From Zootoca vivipara (Eukaryota), in assembly GCF_963506605.1 (NCBI RefSeq), contig NC_083291.1, forward strand, positions 36,084,001 to 36,148,000: 64,000 bases of DNA, given 5' to 3'. The notes under the pieces are model-generated. The model did not search any database. It was given only the letters and a program-made list of their open reading frames with translations, and was not told the DNA's origin. This document shows positions 48,511 to 60,015 of the stretch, piece by piece; positions within the stretch are counted from its first letter, which is position 1, and each line of letters opens with the position of its first letter. Made by a program: the position numbers and the translations under genes.

Positions 48511-49446
48511 CTAATGAAAATGGTGCCTAATGACCCTCTTCATGGCCGCTTTCATTTCACTATTCCTGAGACTGTAGATGAAGGGATTCAGCATAGGGGT
48601 CACCATGGTATACATGACAGAGGCCACAGTGTCCTTGCGATCCGAGTTGTTGGAACGTGGCTTGAAATAAACCCAGCTCACAGTGCCATAGAACAAGACC
48701 ACCACAGCAATGTGGGACCCGCAGGTGGAGAAAGCCTTTTTCTTTCCAGAGCTGGATGGAATCTTCAGGATGGTGTAGAAAATGCGCACATAGGAGATGG
48801 CGATCAGCACAAATGGCCCCAGGACCTCCACCACCCCTTCAGTCAGAAGCAGCATTTCAATGACACTGCTGTCTGAGCAAGAGATCTCCAACAAAGGGTA
48901 AAGATCGCAGAAGAAATGTGGGATCTCCCTAGAGTCACAGAACGAAATGCGGGACATCAAAATGGTATAAAGCAGAGAGTGGACAATAGGGATAGCCCAG
49001 GACACTGATGCGAGGAGGAGGCAACGCTTACGGCTCATCAGGGCAGAATAACGCAGGGGGGAGCAGATGGCCACGTAACGGTCGTAGGCCATGGAAGCCA
49101 ACAGGAAGCTGTCTGAGTTGCCAAAAGACACATAAAAGTACATCTGCACCAGGCAGGCATGAAAGGAGATGGTCTTTTTATGAGACAACAAGTTTTCTAG
49201 CACTTTGGGGACTGTGGTGGAGATGAAGCCCAAGTCAGCTAAGGCAAGGTTGCTGAGGAAGAAATACATAGGAGCGTGGAGGAGCTGTAAATCAGAACGG
49301 ATCAAGAAGATGATTGTTGCGTTCCCCAGAATGGCCAGCAGGTACACGGAGAGGAATAGCAGGAAGAGGAGCCCTTGAAACTCTGGCTGGGTTGGGAAGC
49401 CATGGAGGAATAATTCAGAGAAGTCTGTTGCATTCCCAGGACTCAT
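48511..49446 (-). CDS. Olfactory receptor, class II (family 1-like), 311 aa, intact; twin B2
   Basis: OR motifs including MAYDRYVAIC; ~23 residues differ from 29569-30504. Confidence 0.97.
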   Translation of the reverse strand: MSPGNATDFSELFLHGFPTQPEFQGLLFLLFLSVYLLAILGNATIIFLIRSDLQLLHAPMYFFLSNLALADLGFISTTVPKVLENLLSHKKTISFHACLVQMYFYVSFGNSDSFLLASMAYDRYVAICSPLRYSALMSRKRCLLLASVSWAIPIVHSLLYTILMSRISFCDSREIPHFFCDLYPLLEISCSDSSVIEMLLLTEGVVEVLGPFVLIAISYVRIFYTILKIPSSSGKKKAFSTCGSHIAVVVLFYGTVSWVYFKPRSNNSDRKDTVASVMYTMVTPMLNPFIYSLRNSEMKAAMKRVIRHHFH

Positions 49447-52400
49447 TAGGCTAAAGCTGCCGTAGGGGCAAGAAGAAGAAATGTTTAGGCTAGTAAATTC
49501 CCCACCCTCTGCTTGCTAGCTGCCCAAACTGAGCTATGCAGAAATCCCTCTTTCCTCTCCTCATATTGTATTTTGGTTTTGAGATACTGACAGACACAGA
49601 CATAGCAAGGGACTTTAAGAAGCTGACATAGCAAGGGATTAGAAGCTGAAGGGCCTTAGGGTTTTTTCATCACTGCTTCCTGTTGATCGCTGTGGCCCAG
49701 GAAGAGAGGGGAAGATACTGGAGGTAAACCAGTGGCTGCTCAGGTGTTGTCAGGAATGGTTTGGCTTCTTGGACCATGGTTCCTGCTTCCTTGAGGATGG
49801 ACTTCTGGCAAGAGATTGGTTATACCTCACAGTGGTTGGCAAGAATGTGTTTGCTAAGGGTCTCATGAACCCCATCAGGGGAGCTTTAAACTAAATCCTG
49901 AGGAGGGAGACAATATTACAGATGAAAGGAAAACACGTTGATGCACAGGAAAATGAGGTGGTGCTACAGAAACCTGCTAAAGGGCAGGAAACTACAAGAA
50001 GGAAGCAGCTGGAGGGAACGTCTTGTGGTTTCAGTTGTCTCTATACAAATGCACAGAGTATAGGAAACAATGAAGACAAATTTGAACTCTTAATACAGGG
50101 TGGCAGATATGACCTAATAGAAATTATTGAAACCTGGTGGGATAAGACTCATGACTGGAATGTAGAAATTGAGGGGTCATGGGCTTTAATTGTACTGGGT
50201 GAATTCAGCAGATACTGATTAGTAACCATTAAATAATCCTCAATAGATTTCTTGGATGTTAGAAGCTTTTAAGTGGGTGACACATTGTTTCACCAATCTA
50301 TGAGCAGTGAGAGATTCTAGAGGTGCCAGGCATGCTTACCAGGGTCTGTGTTTACTTTTGGAACAATGAGGCCAAGTGGAGTCCGTTATCTCTTTATGAT
50401 ACATGGTTTATTTACATATGTATGCAATCTGTGTCTAGATTGAGAGAGATCAGAGCATTCACATCCCAAGAGGGTCCTGTTTCTTCCATTGCTGCAGCCT
50501 CAGATTCCAAGAGACTCCAAATATCATGTCTCACCTCTTCTGCAGCTTCATGCTTTGCCCCCCCCCCCCACTCTCCAGCTTCAAAAATGACAATTCTTTC
50601 CTGTTTGCTTACCTCATTGCCCACTGCAGTTCTGCTCCACCCTCCTGAAACTCTGTCCTTTTGTCTCTGCTAATTATCTCTTACCTCAGAGAGGGCTTTC
50701 CCCATTTTCTGTCCAGCCAAGACAGAAACTGACCTTCTTAATGGGTTTGTCTTGGCCATTCCAATGATTACCTTTTGATGGTTCTTCTGCCAAGTGGTTT
50801 CCTGGACATGGAAAACCCACTTTAAACTCAAGGCCCATTAGGCCCAGTAATTTAGGGGTTTCCTTAAATTCTAACCCTTCACTGAATCCAGATATTTTAG
50901 GGGAGTCTTGCTCCCACCCCAAAAACATAACTATATTCACACTTACTTAAGTAAAGGCACTTGCTCACTTGCTCCTGTCAATGTGAAGAACAAAGGAAGT
51001 GGACTTGTTCTGCATAGGAGGAAACTGGCCTCCTTCATCTGCTGAGGAGATTAGCTCTGTATTTTCTGATGCAAGGGAAGTGTTTGTTCATCTCTGCTTA
51101 AAGGTGGTGATCTCCAGGGTCCAAGGACGTCTCAAACAGGTTCCCCCTCCAGAAATAATATAATGCAATAGCATAAACTCTGGAGAATCATCATTCAGAG
51201 ACCCAACCCATCATTCAGCTTAACAAATTAGCTTGTCCTCATTAATAAGTCTTAGAAAAGTTTTTTTTTCCTTTGAGTATGGATGTCAAGAGGATTCTGG
51301 TTTGCTCCACAACTGGGGACAAGCATAATCTCTGGGGGCTGGGGGCGGTCTATGCACAGATCAGAAAAGATGTGAGGGATAATCTACAGCAGGCATCCCC
51401 AAACTTCGGCCCTCCAGATGTTTTGCCCTACAACTCCCATGATCCCTAGCTAACAGGACCAGTGGTCAGGGATGATGGGAATTGTAGTCCAAAACATCTG
51501 GAGGGCCGAAGTTTGGGGGTGCCTGATCTACAGATTGATACCCAAAGGAGCATGACAGCACAATGGTCTAAGGGCTGCCTTCTTCTTAAACATTTTACAT
51601 TGGCAAGATTTTGATTTGGAACAGGACATGGGATGGGATGGACTGGGCCCCAGAAAGGAGACTCTCCAGAGAGGAAGCAGCTGGGATCCTAGAATTGTGT
51701 TTGAAGCAGCTGCAGAAATTGTCAGCTTCTGCACATTGAGCTTTGAGGGATACAATGGAGATCTCTGCCATGACTTGCATAAAGGAAGGGGGAGTGAGAA
51801 AACGAGCAAAAAAGACTGGGGGATATATCACCCTCCCCCGTGGTGTGCAGTCGTTGGAATAGGGGGACTAGGCTAGTTCCCTAAATGTTTCCCTGGTGCC
51901 TCATTCCCAAAGCCTGGGAATCTTCTTCCCAGCTAAGGAAGGAGGCGCTATGCTCACGGGCACAACATCAACACCCCCCCATTGCCCTTGCAAGCTGGTG
52001 CCCCTACGAAAAAATTCGCCGCACAGCACTGCTCTTACCCCAAGTATATTTGGATGGGTGGGCTTCTGCCCACTCCATATTTTTGAGGGTTTTTTGAGCA
52101 GTGAGTATTTCCCCAGTCAGCTTGGTTTCATTTCGCAGGGGCAATAATGTCCTTGCAATTTTTTGGACATCCAAAACCACAGATTCTGGATCTACCCTGA
52201 GATGTCTTTTTAACAGTGCATTCTGCCTTGGAAATGTGAGAACCATCCCCAAAACATCCTGAATCCAGCCAATGCACACAACTTTAGTTGGGCTCAATAA
52301 ACCCTCCAACTACCCCTCCTATTTTTTTAACCACATCATGACCTCCTGGTAGCGACCTTCTTAAAAAACCCTAAGGGGCTAGTCCCTCTACTCAGGTAGT

Positions 52401-52449
52401 TTCCCAAGCCACTAAGGGTTTTATGTCCCAACACCTTGAATTCGGCTCA

Positions 52450-53549
52450 GTTCCAGAAAAACGTCTACTTCTGCTTCATTGACTAAGCAAAAGACTTTGA
52501 CTGTGTCGACCACAGCAAACTATAGCAAGTTCTTAAAGAAATGGGAGTGCCTGATCACCTCATCTGTCTCCTGAGAAATCTCTATGTGGGACAAGAAGCT
52601 ACAGTTAGAACTGGATATGGAACAACTGATTGGTTCAAAATTGGGAAAGGAGTACGACAAGGTTGTATATTGTCTCCCTGCTTATTTAACTTATATGCAG
52701 AATTCATCATGCGAAAGCCTGGACTGGATGAATCCCAAGCCGGAATTAAGATTGCCAGAAGAAATATCAACAACCTCAGATAGGCAGATGACACAACCTT
52801 GATGGCAGAAAGCGAGGAGGAATTAAAGAACCTTTTAATGAGGGTGAAAGAGGAGAGCGCAAAATATGGTCTGAAGCTCAACATAAAAAAAAAAACCCAA
52901 GATCATGGCCACTGGTCCCATCACCTCCTGGCAAATAGAAGGGGAAGAAATGGAGGCAGTGAGAGATTTTACTTTCTTGGGCTCCTTGATGGTGACAGCA
53001 GTCACGAAATTAAAAGACGCCTGCTTCTTGGGAGAAAAGCAATGACAAACACTAGACAGCATCTTAAAAAGCAGAGACATCACCTTGCCGACAAAGGTCC
53101 ATATAGTTAAAGCTATGGTTTTCCCAGTAGTGATGTATGGAAGTGAGAGCTAGACCATAAAGAAGGCTGATCGCCGAAGAATTGATGCTTTTGAATTATG
53201 GTGATGAAGGGGACTCTTGAGAGTCCCATGGACTGCAAGAAGATCAAGTCTATCCATTCTGAAGGAAATCAGCCCTGAGTGCTCACTGGAAGGACAGATC
53301 GTGAAGCTGAGGCTCCAATACTTTGGCCACCTCATGAGAAGAGAAGACTCCCTGGAAAAGACCCTGATGTTGGGAAAGATGGAGGGCACTAGGAGAAGGG
53401 GACGACAGAGGACGAGATGGTTGGACAGTGTTCTCGAAGGTACAAACATGAGTTTGACCAAACTGCAGGAGGCAGTGGAAGACAGGAGTGTCTGGCGTCC
53501 ATTGGGTCACGAAGAGTCGGACACGGCTAAACGACTAAACAACAACAAC
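52450..53549 (+). mobile_element. BovB LINE 3' portion, disrupted
   Basis: RT peptides with stops and frameshifts; (CAA)n tail. Confidence 0.92.
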
Positions 53550-54164
53550 CTGGTGTTTTATTTGTGGGGCATAGGAATTTGTTCACCCCCCAAAAAATAT
53601 AGTCCGGCCCACCACATGGTCTGAGGGACAGTGGACCAGCCCACAGCTGAAAAAGGTTGCCGACCCCTGCTTTAGATAGAGCCCCTTTTAAAACCATGTT
53701 TGGAGCACAGTGTGTTTGAAGAGCATGCTCTTGTTTCTTTTTGAAACACAATTGTAATAGCCAATGAATTCATTTATTTTTAGGGTTGAAAATATTTGTG
53801 CCTTTGGCATGCATGTCTACTGCAGAAGACCATCTACGGTAATTACTTATAGCACTAGTGAGTCATATGAATGAACCAGCAAGTTGTTCAAAAACACAAT
53901 AAACTGGAGTGGTCTGAAATATAACACCCACCCACGAATTTTGCCCCGATGGCTTTTGTAGCGCTTTGTATTTACCCCTTTTATGATTTCTATATATTTA
54001 AACACTGCCGTCCACACAGACACCACCAGGGGAGATTCCACTTCCATGGGCTGTGATTTTAATGAAGAACTAGATCCTAGGGAGATCCTTTAAAAGACTC
54101 ACATAGAAACAGTCACTGTGCTCCAAAGCCCAAATTGAGTATTTACGAAGTGTGCCAATTGCTG

Positions 54165-54503
54165 AACACGGGTGGCGCTGTGGGTTAAACCACAGAGCCT
54201 ACCTAGGGCTTGCCGATCAGAAGGTTGGCGGTTCGAATCCCCACAATGGGGTGAGCTCCCGTTGCTTGGTCCCAGATCCTGCCAACCCAGCAGTTCAAAA
54301 GCATGTCAAAGTGCAAGCAGATAAATAGGTACCACTCCGGCAGTAAGGTAAATGGCGTTTCCGTGTGCTGCTCTGGTTCGCCAGAAGCGGCTTTGACCTG
54401 GAAGCTGTACGATGGCTCCCTTGGCCAATAGAGCAAGATGAGCGCCGCAACCCGAGAGTCGGTCACGACTGGACCTAATGGTCAGGGGTCCCTTTACCTT
54501 TTA
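54165..54503 (+). mobile_element. Sauria SINE
   Basis: Head GGTGGCGCTGTGGG, B box, ACCTTT tail. Confidence 0.9.
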
Positions 54504-54761
54504 CCAAGTGCTACTCTGATTTTCTCTCTCTTGCTTTTAACACTGGAAAGCTCCCTGGGACATTGACTTCAAAGGGTGGGATCTTTGCTACTCAGGATGA
54601 ATGCTTTTTAAAAAATGAGAACAGCCATAATTTAGTAGGTAGAGCAGACTAACATTGATGAACACCCCTGATACCTTCATATTCATCCCAATTTCTTCCC
54701 TTTCCTGATTTGATAGCTATGAGCTCTAGGATAGCTATGTAGCTTATTCTTTATATGTGTC

Positions 54762-54762
<1 letters not shown>

Positions 54763-54810
<48 letters not shown>

Positions 54811-55423
54811 TATTTATTTATACCCCGCCCATCTGGCTGGGTTTCCCCCACCACTCTGGGCGGCTTCCAACAAATACTAAAATACATTAAAATATCACAG
54901 ATTAAAAACTTCCCTAAACAGGGCTGCCTTTAGGTGTTTTCTAAATGTCAGGAAGTTGTTTATCTGCCTGGTTCCCTGTAGCTTTGCTTCTCGCAGTGAG
55001 GGAACCGCCAGAAGGCCCTCGGCGCTGGACCTCAGTGTCCGGGCAGAACGATGGGGGTTGAGACGCTCCTTCAGGTATACAGGACCGAGGCCATTTAGGG
55101 CTTTAAAGGTCAGCACCAACACTTTGAATTGTGCTCAGAAACGTACAGGGAGCCAATGTAGGTCTTTCAGGACCGGTGTTATGTGGTCTCGGCGGCCACT
55201 CCCAGTCACCAGTCTAGCTGCCGCATTCTGGATTAATTGCAGTTTCCGGGTCACCTTTAAAGGTAGCCCCACGTAGAGCGCATTGCAGTAGTCCAAGCGG
55301 GAGATAACTAGAGCATGCACCACTCTAGTGAGACAGTCTGCGGGCAGGTAGCGTCTCAGCCTGAGTACCATATGGAGCTGATAGACAGCCGCCCTGGACA
55401 CAGAATTAACCTGCGGCTCCATG
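54763..55423 (-). mobile_element. L2-clade LINE 3' fragment with (TAA)n tail
   Basis: SRLDYCNALYVGLP...LHWLPVRF; ATT microsatellite at its 3' end. Confidence 0.88.
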
Positions 55424-55812
55424 GTCTATTCATTATATATGACCCCATTGCAAGATGAGCAGCTTTTATACTTGATTTACAATATTGTCTTATTCCTTAT
55501 ATATTTCTATTTTTATTTTCATATATAAATTCATTGCTAGATAAACAAAATATAATTCCATTTTTCAAGTTAAAGCAATTGGCAGGTTCTACTGTAAACA
55601 TTTTTATGTTTAAATAGAGTAATTTAATTTAATCTAATTAAATTAAATTAGAGTAATTCAAACTATAGTAAACTCACACTGTGGAAGCAATGAGGTTGCT
55701 CTAGAATAACCTTACTCTCATGCCTAAAAAATATGTTGGGGCAAAAGGTAAACACTACTTTCATCAATAGTCTCTGACTCGCCTTATTCAATGGAGGGAA
55801 CCTCTAGACCCC

Positions 55813-57719
55813 TCAGTAACGCCATGGATACCCATACCGATTTGAAATGTTCATTTCCTTCTCACGCTCCACAAAATATTTCACCCTCCCTACGGAAGTC
55901 CAGTGTGATGCCTCCTCCCTCTCTCTCTGAGCTTGCCTTTTCATTGCCTCTCGGATGGGCCGTTGTTCTTCAGTTATTGGCAAGGATTCTTCGAGGTCGT
56001 CTGGAGGTGTCCTCCAGGGAATAAAAGTATCCCCTCGGTATGGCGGAGAGGCTGGTGGTTGCACTTGCAAGGGCTGAGCTCTCGTTGCAGATGACCGGAT
56101 GTTGCTTAGGAACCTGGGGATTTCATCTGGCACAGCTGGCCGGTGAGGTCGGGTGGGCAGCCTCTCAGAATCGGGGGGATGTGGTCTCCACCAGCTGGGG
56201 TGGGGAAGCTGAGAGCTGGATGGCCATCCTTCATGGGCGTGTGAAGCTGATGGCTTTGGCAACGGCTTTGGCAATGGATGTTCACAATGGGTGGGCAGTC
56301 TTTGGGAAGAAGAAGAAGATTGCTGCCGAGGAAAGGAGAGGGGTGCCAGCCTCCGCGCCAAGAAGGGTGCTGGCCTTGGCAGGGAGGGGGGCTGGGGAGG
56401 GGGCACTGGCTTATGCAGGGACTTCAGAAGAGGTATTTCCTGTGGAGCCTGTGTGTTCCCAGAAATACTGCTGGTGGCAGTTACCGGAGGGAGGTTTCTG
56501 GCAGCCATGGATGTAGTGTTCTTCTTCCCAAGGGGATGGAAGACTTGTACAGACTCCATCATGTGCCAAGCCAGATTGGTCCTGGGGATTGGCATAAAGT
56601 GGCGGTCTTCCAATTTGATCTTTTTCCCTTTAAAACCCGGTGCGCTCCCTTTCACGGCAGCCTTCTCTTTGGTTTCAGGTCCCATCTCATTTTTCTCCAA
56701 CCCTGTCTGGCAATGTTTGGAGTTTCCTTTATCCGAATTGTCCTCTTCGTTTTTAAAACTTCCCTCCTCTTGAAATGGAAGCTTTCTCTTCTCCTTACCT
56801 TTTTTCTCCTGACCAGGATGACTTTCCTTAGAGTCCATTATGCTTGTTCCCTCTATGCTCAGAAAACACTTGGGAAACTTTGGTGAAGCTTCTGCCTTTG
56901 TCAAAGGGCCTCTCCTTTTCCCTTTAATCTCTGGTAATGCCTTTGGCGGCTTCATGGACTTTTCATGGGCGAGCTGGCATTTACTAGAGCCCTCTGGGAT
57001 AGGTTCCAGAGTGATTCTGGGGAGCTTGGTTAATGTCTGGGACTCAGCAACACCCCACTTTCTTCTCCCTGTCATGCTGGTGGCTTTGCCTTCAGTTTTC
57101 CCGTTCCCCTCGCGTTTTCCTTTGCTTTGGGTGGAATCACATTTTGACTTCTGGGTTTTCTTCAAGGATTTGGGTCTCAGAGGATCTGGTGGAAACGGAA
57201 ACCCGATATCTTTTAAGATGCAGACTGGGCGCTGGATCAATGGGTTACCCCAGGGCTTATTCGGTTTTGTATCCTGCTCATCTGTTGGAGGAAGCGGCGC
57301 CTGTCCCTGTGTTGCTGAGCCCTTTCTGAGTATGGTCACCTCTGCGCTCTTGATGTTTGGAACATTCACCAAGGAATGTGGGTGCTGGGCTTTTGGCACC
57401 TCTTTGCATGACTCAGGGGCGTCCGGGATTGACTTTGCCTCTACTCTGAAAGACCTTGTGGACACTGGTGCTAATGACTGGTGGCTCCCCAGGGCTTCCT
57501 CTGGAAGGCAGCGCTCCATCAGCACCCCTTCACTGCCTTTGGTTGTCTCACCGGAAGCAAGAGGTGGAAATAGGCCTTCTGGAATAAGCGGCTCCAGTGA
57601 AGCAATCAGGGTCTCTATCTCGGGATACTTAGAGAGGAGGTCCTCTGGCAGCTGGAACTCGTCTCGGAGGAGACTTTCTTCATCAGCTGGTTGGGGAGGT
57701 GGCGGCGGATGTTCCACCA
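55813..57719 (-). CDS. C2orf78-like (DUF4629) protein, large terminal exon
   Basis: 1.9-kb open frame; PRTNLAWHMMESVQVFHPLGKK and PITEEQRPIREAMKRQAQRERE..TSVGRVKYFVEREKEM.IS..YGYP resemble C2orf78-family motifs as recalled; acceptor ttttctttcAG, phase 1. Confidence 0.85.
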
Positions 57720-58004
57720 CTGAAAGAAAACAAATGAAAAGCATAACTCTCAGTGTTTGAAGACATAGAATCTACTCCAGTTGGCTGATACAAACTTGAG
57801 GAAGTCCAAGACTCCCATGACTAGCTGTTAGAGCATCTCCATATTAAATAAAGTTTTAAAATGGCATATGGATCTGGATCCATGTTTATCATGTGTAGAT
57901 TCTTAGCCAAACTATCAGAAGTGCTAGATTGGGCCATGACATCTAGCCCGGAAAGTAGACTTGGAAAGCACATGGTCTCAGTCACTGTATGTTCCCACAC
58001 TTAC

Positions 58005-58130
58005 CATTCAGCCCAGCATTGTTGAGCTGGGTTCCTTCCAGTTTTCCTTGTGCTATAGATGCACCCAGGACACCTGTCACTTGGGCACTGACTGTTCCTG
58101 TCCCCTGAAGTCCATGTGGGACTTGTACCA
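58005..58130 (-). CDS. C2orf78-like internal exon (126 bp)
   Basis: tttctttcAG...G|GTAAGT; symmetric phase 1; open frame VQVPHGLQGTGTVSAQVTGVLGASIAQGKLEGTQLNNAGLN. Confidence 0.75.
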
Positions 58131-59367
58131 CTGAAAGAAATTAATCAGGAGAGATCAGTGATTCTACAGCCAAGGAAGACCACCAATTAATTAATTAATT
58201 CAGTTACTCTTTCTTCTGTCCAGAGGAAGGTAAGTGAAGGCCTTGTTCTCTCCCTAGGGAGGCTCAGCAGCCATAGACTTTCCAACTAGATAATGCACAC
58301 AACTGTCTAAAGGTGGGCAGGCTGCCTGCCTGGAGGTGGGTTCAGGGGCTAAAGTGGCCTCTGGGCTCTATGTGTTTTCAGTGATATAAACTGGGGTCCA
58401 TTTTTTTATACACCTCAGATTTCAGTGTTCAGTGATGAAGTGAAAGCGGGGAAACTGAATAGTATGAGGTACCCTGAATCCAACATTGTCCCAGAGGATT
58501 ATGGGTGGTAGTATATGGTGTGTGGTATGCTCACATGACATGCTGTTTTGGATTAAGAACATAAGCCCATGAGAAGAGAACTGGTGGATCAGGCTAAAGG
58601 CCCATCTCCTCCAACATCCTGTTCTTGTAGCAGATGCTACAAGGAGGACCTGGGTGCAACAGTGTTTCCCCCACTTGTGATTCTCAGCAACTGAGAATAG
58701 GGAAGGTAGAATATGGCTGTTGTGGCCAGTAGCCATGAATAACTTCAGCTATGAAATTGGATTGTTTTTCTAAACATACTTGTCTCTCCGCTGCGATAAG
58801 AGGTTGTCCCTTGCTATCATAATCTTGAAACTAATATAAATGGTGTTCCTTCCATACCTTTACATTATGTGATTTGTTTTTATCTTGAAGTGGCAGTTAA
58901 AGAGCTAAAACTGTTGCCCATTTCCCCATAGTCTAAATGATGTGAATCAATAGGGATTAGTAAACCAACTCAATGACTTCATTAAGGATAATACCCTTAT
59001 AGGTCAGTCCAACTGAAATTTAGGCCCCAACCGTTCTACAAAAGGGAGTTACTCCAACCCCTTAATAATCTTGGTTTCTCTTTTCTCAACCTTTTTCAGG
59101 TCTCAATTACCTGTTTTGAGCGGGGAGGCAGAATTGTGCACTGTACAGTATTCCAAATGTGGTTGCATCGTAGATTAGGATAACAGTTTTGGGATATTGC
59201 AACTTACTCCGTTCCAATATACCCAACGCTCACCCACACTGCAGGGCCATGTGGAAATGGTACTAGGAAATGGTACCTACTGAGGTTAGGTTAATTGCCT
59301 GGTGAGTTGGATGGTCCCAGACACCCATTAGAAAGCAAATGATCCCTTTACAAAGATGAGCACAGAC

Positions 59368-60015
59368 CTTGTGAAGCTGGAAAGTACCCAGTGGCTGGGG
59401 TAGGTTCCAGGGTGGGTTGCTGGAGGACCAGAAGCATCTCATTGTTCGCAGCTGGTGGCATAGGGACAGTGCTACCAATCCGGACGATGGGGTTCCTCTG
59501 CTCCAGTGGGATGGGGGCTAATGTTCCATGGTGGTAGAGGCCCACCCCATCCTGGAAGGAGGTTGGGCGAATGGGACCAAGACCAGGAGGCTGCAGCTGA
59601 ACCAGCTGGAGGTGAGGTTGTCTATATAATTGATTCATAGGTCTGGCCGTTGCAAAGTCCCTGTGCTGTGTTTGCAGTGGTGCATACAAAGGCACTGAGA
59701 GATGTCCAGTTGTGCTCCACCCATGGAGAGAAGGATGCAGAGCCACTGGGGTGAACATCTGCTGCTGATCATTCTGTACACCCTGCAAGAGAGGTATTTC
59801 ACCATGAAGGTATCCCTGGGTGGTGGTGCTGCTGCCTTGGTTTTGTTGGAAGGGCAGAGCTGATCCTTGAACCCGCAGCCAACCACAGGTCTCACATGGT
59901 GCTGATGAGTGGGAGAGGCTGTGTTGACATTCTCCCACCGTGGAGCTGGCAGTCACTGGGGTGCTCTGAGGCTGGCTGTTACCCCCTTCGGTCCGCCTGC
60001 TGTTCGGAGCCGGAT
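59368..60015 (-). CDS. C2orf78-like internal exon (648 bp, Gln/Pro/Thr-rich)
   Basis: tttgtttgcgttgcAG acceptor, CAAG|GTCTGT donor, symmetric phase 1, open throughout (within ORF 59348-60079); first exon not identified. Confidence 0.7.

Larger units (their letters stand above)
44625..51896 (-). repeat. Inverted duplication IR2, right arm
   Basis: Reverse complement of 27092-33757. Confidence 0.93.

Noticed and set aside
56840-57760. 306-aa + strand ORF (and ORFs at 56040, 56278, 56291)
   Set aside because: Antisense shadows of the C2orf78-like exon; low complexity and no recognisable motifs
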